A stretch of DNA of 64,000 nt from Candidatus Eiseniibacteriota bacterium (lineage in GTDB: Bacteria > Eisenbacteria > RBG-16-71-46). Each line of letters starts with the position of its first letter. Within the stretch, counting starts at the first letter, position 1. Location of the stretch: NCBI GenBank assembly GCA_963717935.1, contig CAVQXP010000002.1:32001-96000 (forward strand), written 5' to 3'. The notes beneath the pieces were generated by a model, which did not search any database, had not been told where the DNA came from, and was given only the letters and a program-made list of their open reading frames with translations. The position numbers and the translations under genes were made by a program. This document shows, in pieces, positions 1 to 8,602 of this stretch.

Positions 1-1
1 C

Positions 2-427
2 GAGAGCATCGAGCCGATGGAGCGGCTCGGGAAGGAGATGGGCCGGCTCGGAGGCGAGATGGGCCAGCTCGGCGCGCGGCAGGGCCGCTTCGGGGCCGAG
101 ATGGGGCGTCTCGGTGCCCGCCAGGGCGCGCTCGCCGCCCGGCTCGCCCTGTTGGAGCTCCGCGACTACGACGACCCGGGGATCGAGCGCGAGATCGCGG
201 CGATCGAGCGCAAGATGGACGAGCTGTCCCGCCGGCAGGACGAATTCAGCCGGCGGCAGGAGTCGCTCGGCGGCGAGCGGATGGACGAGCTCGGCGACCG
301 GATGGGCGAACTCGGCGACCGGATGGAGCGGCTCGCCGAGCGTGCCGAGCGGGAGCTGAAGGCTCTGGCGAAGGAGGCCATCTCCTCGCGCAAGGCCGAA
401 CGCCTCGGGGACCGCGGCGACCTGTAG
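2..427 (+). CDS. 3' end of a coiled-coil/heptad-repeat protein (resembles the C-terminal tail of M56/BlaR1-type peptidases); partial
   Basis: Frame is open from the window edge. 7-aa repeats MGRLGGE/MGQLGAR/QGRFGAE/MGRLGAR; high-GC3 codon usage; TAG at 425-427. Confidence 0.6.
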   Translation, partial: ESIEPMERLGKEMGRLGGEMGQLGARQGRFGAEMGRLGARQGALAARLALLELRDYDDPGIEREIAAIERKMDELSRRQDEFSRRQESLGGERMDELGDRMGELGDRMERLAERAERELKALAKEAISSRKAERLGDRGDL

Positions 428-442
428 CCGGGACCCTCTCGT

Positions 443-480
443 CACGGGGCGCGGCGACCCGCGGGTCGCCGCGCCCCGTG
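443..480. terminator. Perfect 38-bp palindrome between convergent genes (probable bidirectional terminator)
   Basis: CACGGGGCGCGGCGACCCG (443-461) is followed immediately by its exact reverse complement (462-480). Confidence 0.6.
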
Positions 481-501
481 CTGCTCTCCGGTGTCAGAAC
501 G

Positions 502-2088
502 CTATGCCTGGGCCGCCGCGGCGGGCTCGGGGTGCTTCTCGAGCCAGCGGTTGAACAGCCACATGGCGAGAGCCGAGGCGAAGCCGATCGCCATCAGGAT
601 GATCCACCCCGCGGCGTTGTTCCACGGGACCAGCTCGAGCAATCCGTCGGGCCGCACGGTGGCGTCCCTGGCCATGACCTCGTTGAAGATGAGCGCCCCC
701 ACCGGGCCGCCGGTCAGCGAGCCGATGGCGAGCGGCAGGTTGGCGTAGCCCAGGAAGAGCCCCTCCTGGCCCTTGGGCGCAAGCGCGCCGATGTACTCGT
801 ACATGCGCGGCGAGGTGAACAGTTCGCCGAAGGCGATCAGCGCGACGGTGAAGATCAGGAACATCGAGCCGACCGGCAGCCAGTTCGCGGCGAGCGCCCG
901 CAGTCCGCCGGGCTCCCAGATCGGGAAGAGGTTCAGGATCATCGCCAGGCCGATGATCACCGTCCCGATGACGATCGAGCGGATCGCCCGGACCTTGCCG
1001 AAGAACGCCGTGACCAGCAGCTGGAAGCAGACGATGATGAAGGGGTTCGCCGCCGTGTAGAGGTCCATGGCCGGCTTGGTCTCGATCACGCGCTTCGCGT
1101 AGAGCGGGAGCACGTTGTAGACCTGGTTGTAGAGGAAGAAGAAGCCGCTCATCACGATCAGGAACATGGTGAAGCGCTTGTTGCGGAGCACCAGCACCAT
1201 GTCGAGCAGGATGCGGCCGATCGAGCGGCGCGGCCTGGGAGGCGTCCCGGCGGCGACCTCCATGTCGCGATAGAAGAAGAGCACCACGAAGAACGCCACG
1301 ATCGAGGCGACGGCCGCCACCGCGAAGATGTAGGACAGTCCGGCCTCCGAGCGCGCGGTCGGAGGCGCGCGGTGGACGAGCCAGGCGATGGCGAGCCCGC
1401 CGCCGACGATCAGCGCGGCGAAGGGCAGCGCCGTCCAGGCCCGGTGCCCCTTCTGCGACTTCGACTCGACCGAGCGGTAGACCAGCAGGATCAGTGCGGC
1501 GGCCACCAGTCCGCAGATGCCCACCACGGTCAGCGTGGTGGCGAAGCTCGAGCCGGTGCGCACGACGAACGCCACGCCGCGCCCGACCAGCGAGCCGATG
1601 TTGATGATCATGTAGAAGATGGCGAAGCCCAGCGTGACGCGCGCGCCGGCGCTCTTCTGCATGGTCCCGGAGATGCAGGGCTTGATCACCGATCCGCCCA
1701 TGCCGATCAGCAGGATGGCGACGAGGACCGTGGCGATCAGCCCGGGCGAGGCCGTGAACTCATTGTGGACGACCGGCGAGAGCACCGCCCCGCCGAACCA
1801 CACCGGGTAGCCCATCAGGGCGTAGCCGGCCGCCAGCAGCACGAAGGCCACCAGCAGAGAGCGGCGGAACCCGACCTGGTCGGCGATCGTGCCCGAGAGG
1901 ATCGGCAGGAAGTAGACCAGGGTCCACAACACGCTGTTGAGGTTGGAGGGCCAGTACGCCCCGAGGCCGAGCTGGCCGAGATAGATGACCACGAAGCTGG
2001 CCATCGAGTAATACGCGGCGCGCTCGAACAACTCGGTGACGTTGGCGCTCCAGAACACGTTGGGGAACTTCGCGTGGGCTTCGGCCAT
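502..2088 (-). CDS. MFS transporter, POT/PTR (di/tripeptide) family-like
   Basis: ATG at 2088 with GGAG RBS. ELFERAAYY (ExxERFxYY-like POT motif), GTIADQVGFRRS MFS loop, GFAIFYMIINIGS, GELFTSP; many TM segments. Confidence 0.85.
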   Translation of the reverse strand: MAEAHAKFPNVFWSANVTELFERAAYYSMASFVVIYLGQLGLGAYWPSNLNSVLWTLVYFLPILSGTIADQVGFRRSLLVAFVLLAAGYALMGYPVWFGGAVLSPVVHNEFTASPGLIATVLVAILLIGMGGSVIKPCISGTMQKSAGARVTLGFAIFYMIINIGSLVGRGVAFVVRTGSSFATTLTVVGICGLVAAALILLVYRSVESKSQKGHRAWTALPFAALIVGGGLAIAWLVHRAPPTARSEAGLSYIFAVAAVASIVAFFVVLFFYRDMEVAAGTPPRPRRSIGRILLDMVLVLRNKRFTMFLIVMSGFFFLYNQVYNVLPLYAKRVIETKPAMDLYTAANPFIIVCFQLLVTAFFGKVRAIRSIVIGTVIIGLAMILNLFPIWEPGGLRALAANWLPVGSMFLIFTVALIAFGELFTSPRMYEYIGALAPKGQEGLFLGYANLPLAIGSLTGGPVGALIFNEVMARDATVRPDGLLELVPWNNAAGWIILMAIGFASALAMWLFNRWLEKHPEPAAAAQA

Positions 2089-2201
2089 GGTGGTCTCCAG
2101 GATGCGGCGATAACGGATGCCGGGCGTTCTCCGGCTCGGCGGCGGGGCGGAGCATAGCACCCGTGTCCAGTCGGTCCGGCGGCCGGGCCGTGCGACCGAC
2201 G

Positions 2202-3674
2202 CTACTCGATGGTGCGGATGCTCAGATCCCGCCGGCCCTCTTGGTCGGAGATGATCTCGTGATCGGGGTTCGCCGGGTCCCGGATCATCCGGCCGTCCAC
2301 GAGGAAGGCGTAGGGGGTCCTGCCCGGCGGCAGCACGAAGTCGCCCGCCCAGCCGTCCGCGGTCCGCGCGAGGAACGAGAAGAGAGACCACCGCGAGATA
2401 CCGAACACACACACGAAGCGGGCGTCGCGGTATCCCTCGAGCTCGAAGCGGGCGTTCGCGGCGGGCGGACGGTCCCCGTTCAGCCGTGCCAGGAGCGTCC
2501 GCACCGCGGGCAGATAGGCCCGCCGTGCCACGGGATCGGTGGAATCCGCCGCCGCCTGGCGCTCCAGGCAGGCTCTCGCCCCTTCCGGGTCGCCGGTCAC
2601 GAGCCGCGCGAGCCCCTCGTAGAACTCGGCGGCCGGGTCCGCGCGGCCGCCCGTCCCCAGCCACTCGTCGACGAAGACACGGGCGTCGGCGAAGCGGCTG
2701 GTCCGGTACAGGGCGCCGCAGAAGATGTGGCGCAGGGCGGCCAGGCGCGCCGGTTCGGGCAGCGTGTCACGCATGCGCTCGGAGATCCGCACGGCCGCGG
2801 CGGCCCCCTTCGCCTGACAGGCGTCCCGGATCGTCACGATCGGGGCGTCGCGGAACAGCGTGCGCATGAGATAGGACCGCTTCCCCCGCGCGAGCAGGTC
2901 CTGGATCGTGAAGTGGTAGGCCTTCCGGAAGTCGCCCGCGTAGTAGAAGTAGATGTCGCCCGTCGCCAGGTTCGCGATGTTGGTGTAGACGGTGCTGACA
3001 CCCCGGCGCTGCTGGGTGGAGTCCATCACCGCCCGGAAGCTCTCGAGGCTCACGCCGCGCGCGGCAAGCATCCGTTCGGCGATGGGGAAGCGCCAGCACG
3101 TCAGGGCCCAGGGCGAGGAGCGCTGCGTGCAGACGTTGAAGTTGGTCGAGATCTGAGGGCCGGTCTGCGTCAGGCACACGCCGTCCGCGTTGACGATGGC
3201 CAGGTTCCCCAGACGGTCGGCCACGTGGAGCTGGCCGCCCAGCAGCGAGGGCAGGCGATAGGTCTCGAACAGCGCGAGGACCTCGGGCACGGTGGCGCAC
3301 GTCCTCAGCATGTGCTTCACGAAGGCGGGATCCTCCCCCGGGAAGTCCTTCTTCCTGTCCCAGTCCCGGTATTCCGACGTGGGAATCCCGGGCAGCGCGT
3401 TGAGATCGAGGAACAGGCCCCGCTCGTTGAGCCCGCCCTGCACGAACGCGTGGGGCCGGTCGTAGGGAAGGGTGTACGTGAAGGCGATCACGCCGAGCAG
3501 GCCGCGCTCGCGAGGCAGGACGTTCAGGTACGTGTCGAAATCGAACGCGTAGTCCTCGTTGTTGCCGGTCCACACGTCGCCGCCGGGGGCCCGGCCGGAG
3601 ATGATCGTGCAGGCGTCCGCGACACCGGCGAGGAGCGCGATGAGCAGGCAACAGGCGGCGAAGAGACGTCCCAC
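2202..3674 (-). CDS. Secreted Ntn-hydrolase (choloylglycine hydrolase/C45-like) with a helical TPR-like region and a C-terminal CBM48/AMPK-glycogen-binding-like domain
   Basis: GTG start after GGAGGT. Signal peptide ends ADA|CT, giving an N-terminal Cys nucleophile. GNNED, GGLNERGL and TNF motifs; C-terminal W..DFVLPPGRTPYAFLVDG...DPANP. Confidence 0.7.
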   Translation of the reverse strand: MGRLFAACCLLIALLAGVADACTIISGRAPGGDVWTGNNEDYAFDFDTYLNVLPRERGLLGVIAFTYTLPYDRPHAFVQGGLNERGLFLDLNALPGIPTSEYRDWDRKKDFPGEDPAFVKHMLRTCATVPEVLALFETYRLPSLLGGQLHVADRLGNLAIVNADGVCLTQTGPQISTNFNVCTQRSSPWALTCWRFPIAERMLAARGVSLESFRAVMDSTQQRRGVSTVYTNIANLATGDIYFYYAGDFRKAYHFTIQDLLARGKRSYLMRTLFRDAPIVTIRDACQAKGAAAAVRISERMRDTLPEPARLAALRHIFCGALYRTSRFADARVFVDEWLGTGGRADPAAEFYEGLARLVTGDPEGARACLERQAAADSTDPVARRAYLPAVRTLLARLNGDRPPAANARFELEGYRDARFVCVFGISRWSLFSFLARTADGWAGDFVLPPGRTPYAFLVDGRMIRDPANPDHEIISDQEGRRDLSIRTIE

Positions 3675-3843
3675 GATGGCACCTCCGGGGTGGATGGGCG
3701 CGCGGCGACCGCGCGCCGGCTCACGCCAGCGAAACCCACCCATCCGGTGTCCGTCAAGCGGGAAGCGACGAGTGCCGGTCCGGCACGACGTGTGAACGGG
3801 GCGCGGGTCGTCGCACGGCAGGGGCGGGACCGGTTCGGAGCGT

Positions 3844-6015
3844 TCAGAGGACGAGCAGGGCCGCGAGCGCGACGGCCGCCGCCAGCGCGGCGGTCGCCGG
3901 CAGGCCCAGCATCGGGATCGCGACGAGGCCCGCGACGAGCGACCCGGCGCAGCCCCCGAGCAGGTCGGCGGCATAGACGGGGCCGATGACGGTGCCCCCG
4001 TCCGGCGTGCCGTGGAGCACGGCGTAGGCGAACGCGGCGGCGACCAGGAAGCCGCAGGCGAAGAGCAGTGTCCCCGCGCCCGCGAGCGCGCCGCCGGCAC
4101 CCGCATGGAGCAGTGCCGCGCACGCGAGCCCGAGCGCGGCGAGGGCGACGAAGGCGAGCGCGCCGGCGAAGCGCCCGGTGCCGGGCCGGCGCATCAGGCG
4201 CTCCATCGCCCGCGCGCCCAGCGCCAGCCCGCCCATGAACGCCATGAGCAGCGCCCCGAGGTCCTGGTAGAGCACCCCCGAGCGCGTCTGGTAATCGAGC
4301 AGGAGCGCCGACTCGAGCAGCATGCCCGCGAAGCCCGCGGCCGCGGCGAGCAGGGCGCGGCGCGGCATGGCGTGCCGCCGCGCGAGGAGGAAGGCGAACC
4401 CGAGCAGGGCCGTCGCGGCCCACGCCCACGGCGACCGGGCCAGCGTCCGGGCCTCGACCTCCGGCAGGTCGAGGCGCCCCAGCGAAGGGAAGAAGCGCGC
4501 GAGCCAGAGCATCATCGTGGTCTGGTAGCAGACGGGCCGGGCGTCGCGATTGGCGAGCGCGGGCGTGTCGGCCAGCTGCCGCGCGATCTCCGCGAACCGG
4601 TCGTTGGTGTAGAGGTAGCGCACGTACGCCGGGGTGACGAGCCGCGTGCCGGGGTCGCGCGCGGGCAGGCGCCCGCCCAGCACCGCGGGATCCCGCACCA
4701 GCGGCGCGCGCGAGGCGAACAGGAGGCTCGTGGTGCCCGGCAGCACCACGGTCGCGGGGAAGACCTGGTGCAGCGCCCGGTGGATGCTCGCCGTGCGCCG
4801 GGCGAGCACGGGCGTCCAGAGGTTCTCGGCGCTCCTCAGGCGCAGCGCGAGCACGCCGCCGGGCGCGAGGTGAGCGGCGCAGGCCGCGAAGAACTCGCGG
4901 GTGTAGTAGCGGTTCGTGCGCCCCGACTCGGGCTCGGGCAGGCCGATCAGGATGAGGTCGTACACCTGGGCGTGGTCGAGGAAGCGGCGTGGATCGGCGA
5001 ACGCGACGTGCACGCGCGGATCCGCGAGTGCCGCCCGCTGCGGGTCCGGCAACCGCGGCGCGACGAGCGCCAGGAGCGTCGCGTCCAACTCGACGTCGTC
5101 CACGCGCGCAAGGCGGTGGCGGAGGAGCTCGAGCACCAGCCCCTGCGCGGCTCCGCCCAGGACCAGCACCCGGCCCACCGTGTCGCGCTGGACGGCGGCC
5201 AGCTGGACGAACTCCTCAGCTGCGGTGCCCTGGCTCTCGTAGGCGAGCGCGTCGTTCTCGAACACCGCGACCTGGCCGAGCGTGCCGGTCACGGTGACGC
5301 GCCCGTAGGGCGTGTCGCGCGTGGCGAGCAGGCCCGGATGGTTCCAGCGCGTCATGCCCCGGTCGAGAGCGGGCGCCACGGCCAGCAGGACGAGCGCGAG
5401 GAGGAGGCCCGCGGCGGCGGCCGGCCCGCGACCCGCCTTCGGCGGGTGCCCGGTGGGTGTCCGGCTCGCGCCCGAGCCGGGCCAGGCGGCGGCGCAGGCC
5501 GCGATCCCGCAGAGCAGCGCGGCGTCCCAGTTCTGCAGCCCCGCGGCGGACAGGAGCGTGGCGAGCAGTCCCCCGAGCAGACCGCCCGCGCTCTCGAGGG
5601 CGTAGGCGGCCGCGGGCGAGCGTCCGGTCGCGATGAACCGCCGGGCCGTCCACTGGAAGAGCAGGCCGAGCAGGAGCGAGACGGGCACCAGGCAGAGCGC
5701 CAGGGCGAGCAGTTGCCGTTCGAACGGCAGGTAGGCGCCCGGTACGCCGCCGAAGAGGATGCGCACGCCGCGCGCGAGCACGACCGCGAGCGGCAGCAGG
5801 AGCCCGAGGGCGACGAAGAGTCGCCGCACCGCGCGCTCGCCGGGCGGCTGCGCGCCACGGCCCGGGGCGGCGCCGGCGGCGGTGCCGAGGAGCCAGGCGC
5901 CCAGCCCCAGCACGAGCACCAGCTCGCTGCCGAAGAACGCGACCTCGCACTCGCGCAGCAGCACCACCTGCGCGAGCAGCGCGATGGCGCCGACGGCGAA
6001 GAGCCGGAGTCTCAT
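3844..6015 (-). CDS. Polytopic membrane protein with a central spermidine-synthase-like (class I SAM-binding) domain (fused MFS/spermidine synthase type)
   Basis: About 7 N-terminal TMs. Central TPYG...VLVLGGAAQG...VELD...ADPRRFL...YDLILIGLPEP...NRYYTREFF...LAPGGVL. About 6-7 C-terminal TMs ending YAADLLGG. Confidence 0.8.
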   Translation of the reverse strand: MRLRLFAVGAIALLAQVVLLRECEVAFFGSELVLVLGLGAWLLGTAAGAAPGRGAQPPGERAVRRLFVALGLLLPLAVVLARGVRILFGGVPGAYLPFERQLLALALCLVPVSLLLGLLFQWTARRFIATGRSPAAAYALESAGGLLGGLLATLLSAAGLQNWDAALLCGIAACAAAWPGSGASRTPTGHPPKAGRGPAAAAGLLLALVLLAVAPALDRGMTRWNHPGLLATRDTPYGRVTVTGTLGQVAVFENDALAYESQGTAAEEFVQLAAVQRDTVGRVLVLGGAAQGLVLELLRHRLARVDDVELDATLLALVAPRLPDPQRAALADPRVHVAFADPRRFLDHAQVYDLILIGLPEPESGRTNRYYTREFFAACAAHLAPGGVLALRLRSAENLWTPVLARRTASIHRALHQVFPATVVLPGTTSLLFASRAPLVRDPAVLGGRLPARDPGTRLVTPAYVRYLYTNDRFAEIARQLADTPALANRDARPVCYQTTMMLWLARFFPSLGRLDLPEVEARTLARSPWAWAATALLGFAFLLARRHAMPRRALLAAAAGFAGMLLESALLLDYQTRSGVLYQDLGALLMAFMGGLALGARAMERLMRRPGTGRFAGALAFVALAALGLACAALLHAGAGGALAGAGTLLFACGFLVAAAFAYAVLHGTPDGGTVIGPVYAADLLGGCAGSLVAGLVAIPMLGLPATAALAAAVALAALLVL

Positions 6016-6094
6016 GCCCGACCCGGGCGGTTCGTGGATCGCCCGGGCCGGGTCCCGTGCCCCGGCCGCCGCGGCCGTCGCGCGCGGCCGCGAC

Positions 6095-7675
6095 TCACCG
6101 GAACTGCGATTCCCGGAAGTGGATGCTGCGGAAGGTCCAGAACTCGGCGCCACTCTTCCACGCGTCCTTCGTGAGCCCCGCCTTGAGGCAGAGGTTCTCC
6201 ATGAGCGCCGTCTTGTCCCAGCCCTGCTCGGCCGGCACCTGCGGCAGGAACACCGCCACGCGGCCGTCCTTGCGGATCTGGACCCCGTCGCGGCCGAGGA
6301 CGACCGCGTCGGGGCCGGCGACCCGCTCGAGCGGGGTGAGCACCGAGATCTCGATCTCGAGGTCCCCGAGCTCCGCGGGCTCGACGGGCGGGAAGCGCGG
6401 GTCCTCGAGCGCGGCCGAGAGCGCCATGGCCCCGACGTTCTGCGCGAGCGGCCGGTCCCCGGCCAGGTGGCCGATGCAGCCGCGCAGCTCGCCGCGCGCG
6501 TAGAGGGTCACGAACACGCCCTGCTTCCGCCGGGCGGCGGGGGAGAAGCCGCGCGGGAGCGGCACGGTGCCGGTCGCGAACCAGCGCTCGAGCGTGCGGC
6601 GCGCCAGCCGCAGCAGCGCCCTCTGGTCGGCGGGGCCGAGCGCCGCGTCCCCCGCCGGATCGGGTGGGGGGCCGAGCGCCGCGGTGTCCGCGTCTCCACG
6701 GCCCGAGGTGAACATCACCGCGCCGTAGCCCACGACGTGCGCGGGGTCGCCCACCGGCACGTCGCCGCTGTTCGCCCGCGACAGCACGATGCCGCGCCGG
6801 GCGCCCAGCGCCCGCGCCGCCTCCATCGCCACCATGACCGCCCCCTCTCCGCAGGCGCAGGTTTCGAGGCCGCGGTGGCCGGCCCGCAACTGCGCCGCCG
6901 CGACCTGCTGCAGTGCCGCCGGATCGAGCCGCGCGATGGCGGCAAGCACGGCGCGATCCGCGGCGAGACTGCCCTCGGAGTCGGGGTAATGCGACAGGTC
7001 GCTGCTCGCCACGATCAGGACGCGGCGTCCGGCGAGCACGCGCGCCAGCGCCTGGGCGATGCGCGCCAGGGCCGGCGGGTCCTCCGTGCCGACGACCACG
7101 GGCAGGATCCTCGCATCCGGCAGCACGACCTGCGCGAACGGCACCTGCACCTCGATCGAGTGCTCGCGCTCGTGGACACGCGCATCCGAGTTGAAAGGCC
7201 CGCCCGTGGCCAGCAGCGCCGCGGCGGCCGCCGTGTCCACCTCGGCCACGCCCAGCGGCGTGCGGAAGCCCGCCCCCGGGTAGACGGAGGCGCCCGAGAA
7301 ACCCGGCGTCGTGTGGTTCGTGCCGAGGATGACGACCAGGTCGTACGCCCGTCCCGCCGCCTGGCGCCAGCCGTCGGCTGCGATCTGCCCCGAGTAGACG
7401 TAGCCCGCGTGCGGCAGGACCAGCGCGACGGGGCGCTCGTTGCGCGCCGGGACGGCGTCGGCGAGGAACGCCTTCACCGCGGCCTCGAGCTTCGCGGGCT
7501 CCTTCGGGTAGAACTGTCCCGCGACCGCGGCCGGCCGCACGCCGGCCTCCGGCGTCGTGGCCGCGGGGGAGGAACAGGTCGAGGCGCTGAAGACGAGCGC
7601 CGCGGCGAGCAGAGCCGGCAGGGCGATCCAGGGGCCCGGGCGCTTCACGAGCCGGCGCAGCGGAGGGTTCGTCAT
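6095..7675 (-). CDS. amrB: AmmeMemoRadiSam protein B-protein A fusion (MEMO1 + AMMECR1 domains) with an N-terminal signal/anchor
   Basis: ATG overlaps the upstream stop (ATGA). Hydrophobic N-terminus. MEMO motifs RPAAVAGQFYP, PHAGYVYSG, EHSIEVQ, SSDLSHY, CG, VGY. AMMECR1 motifs GVFVTL...LRGCIG, DPRF, IEISVL, FLPQV, LCLKAG. Confidence 0.9.
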   Translation of the reverse strand: MTNPPLRRLVKRPGPWIALPALLAAALVFSASTCSSPAATTPEAGVRPAAVAGQFYPKEPAKLEAAVKAFLADAVPARNERPVALVLPHAGYVYSGQIAADGWRQAAGRAYDLVVILGTNHTTPGFSGASVYPGAGFRTPLGVAEVDTAAAAALLATGGPFNSDARVHEREHSIEVQVPFAQVVLPDARILPVVVGTEDPPALARIAQALARVLAGRRVLIVASSDLSHYPDSEGSLAADRAVLAAIARLDPAALQQVAAAQLRAGHRGLETCACGEGAVMVAMEAARALGARRGIVLSRANSGDVPVGDPAHVVGYGAVMFTSGRGDADTAALGPPPDPAGDAALGPADQRALLRLARRTLERWFATGTVPLPRGFSPAARRKQGVFVTLYARGELRGCIGHLAGDRPLAQNVGAMALSAALEDPRFPPVEPAELGDLEIEISVLTPLERVAGPDAVVLGRDGVQIRKDGRVAVFLPQVPAEQGWDKTALMENLCLKAGLTKDAWKSGAEFWTFRSIHFRESQFR

Positions 7676-8598
7676 CCTCGGCTCCGGGGAGCGGGACGCA
7701 TCACGTGCGCGGGCGCGTCGAGCGCGGCCAGGTCCGCGCCGGGCTCGCCCGCGGTGAACAGGACCGCACCATAGCCCACGACGCGTGCGCGGTCGCCCGG
7801 CGGAGCGTCGCCGCTGCTGGCGTGCGAGAGCACCGCGCCGCGCGTGGCGCCGAGCGTCCTCGCGGCCGCCAGCGCCGTGAGCACCGGCGCCAGGCCGCAG
7901 GCGCAGGTGTCGAGCCCGCGGCGCCCGGCGCCCTCCTCGCGGGCGATGGTCTCGCGCAGCCCGTCCGGGTCGAGCCGTGCCATGGCGGCCAGCACCGCGC
8001 GGTCCGCGGCGACGGCGTCCTCGTAGGAAGGGAAGTGCGAGAGGTCGCTGCTCGCCACGATCAGCGCGCGGCGGCTGGCGAGCACGTTCGCGAGCGCCAC
8101 GCCCAGCCGGGCGCACAGGTGCGGGTCCTCGTCGCTGACGATCACGGGCAGGATGGGCACGCCGGGCAGCACGGTCTGCACGAACGGCAGCTGCACCTCG
8201 ATCGAGTGCTCGCGCTCGTGCGGCGCAGGGTCCGAGGAGCAGTCGCGGTCGGCGGCGAGCAGGGCGGCGGCGGCCTGCTCGTCCACCTCCACGACGCCGA
8301 GCGGCGTGCGGAAGCCGCTGCCGATGAAGACCGAGACGCCGGTGAAGAAGCCGGCGGTGTGGTTCGTGCCGAGCAGGACGACCAGATCGTAGCGGTGGCC
8401 CTGGGCCTGCCGCCAGGCGTCGGCGGCGATCAGCCCCGAGAAGGCGAAGCCCGCGTGCGGGACGACCATCGCGAGGGGGCGCCCGCCGCGCGGCGGCAGC
8501 GCCACCGCGAGCAGGGCCCTCACGTCGGCCGCGAGGCGCCGCGGCTCCTGCGGGTAGAACGAGCCCGCCACCGCGGGCGGGCGCACCGGCTGTCTCAT
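7672..8598 (-). CDS. amrB: AmmeMemoRadiSam system protein B (MEMO1 family), no signal peptide
   Basis: RPPAVAGSFYP, PHAG, GTNH, EHSIEVQLPF, SSDLSHF, CG, VVGYGA motifs. Confidence 0.9.
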   Translation of the reverse strand: MRQPVRPPAVAGSFYPQEPRRLAADVRALLAVALPPRGGRPLAMVVPHAGFAFSGLIAADAWRQAQGHRYDLVVLLGTNHTAGFFTGVSVFIGSGFRTPLGVVEVDEQAAAALLAADRDCSSDPAPHEREHSIEVQLPFVQTVLPGVPILPVIVSDEDPHLCARLGVALANVLASRRALIVASSDLSHFPSYEDAVAADRAVLAAMARLDPDGLRETIAREEGAGRRGLDTCACGLAPVLTALAAARTLGATRGAVLSHASSGDAPPGDRARVVGYGAVLFTAGEPGADLAALDAPAHVMRPAPRSRG

Positions 8599-8602
8599 CG
8601 CG

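Noticed and set aside
17..340. 21-bp periodic repeats as a possible CRISPR or tandem array
   Set aside because: They are degenerate in-frame heptad codons of a coiled-coil protein, with no spacers and no cas genes.
478..2157. 559-aa plus-strand ORF, and similar long ORFs antisense to real genes (e.g. 4012-6174, 9774-12752, 37328-39619, 48798-51599)
   Set aside because: Shadow ORFs typical of high-GC DNA. They have no motifs and lie opposite genes with clear family signatures.
2089..2664. Long N-terminal extensions in the ORF track (MFS, Ntn-hydrolase, amrS, arcC, fabI, propeller and others)
   Set aside because: They overlap neighbouring genes. Downstream starts with an RBS, stop/start overlap or -10 element fit the family N-termini better.
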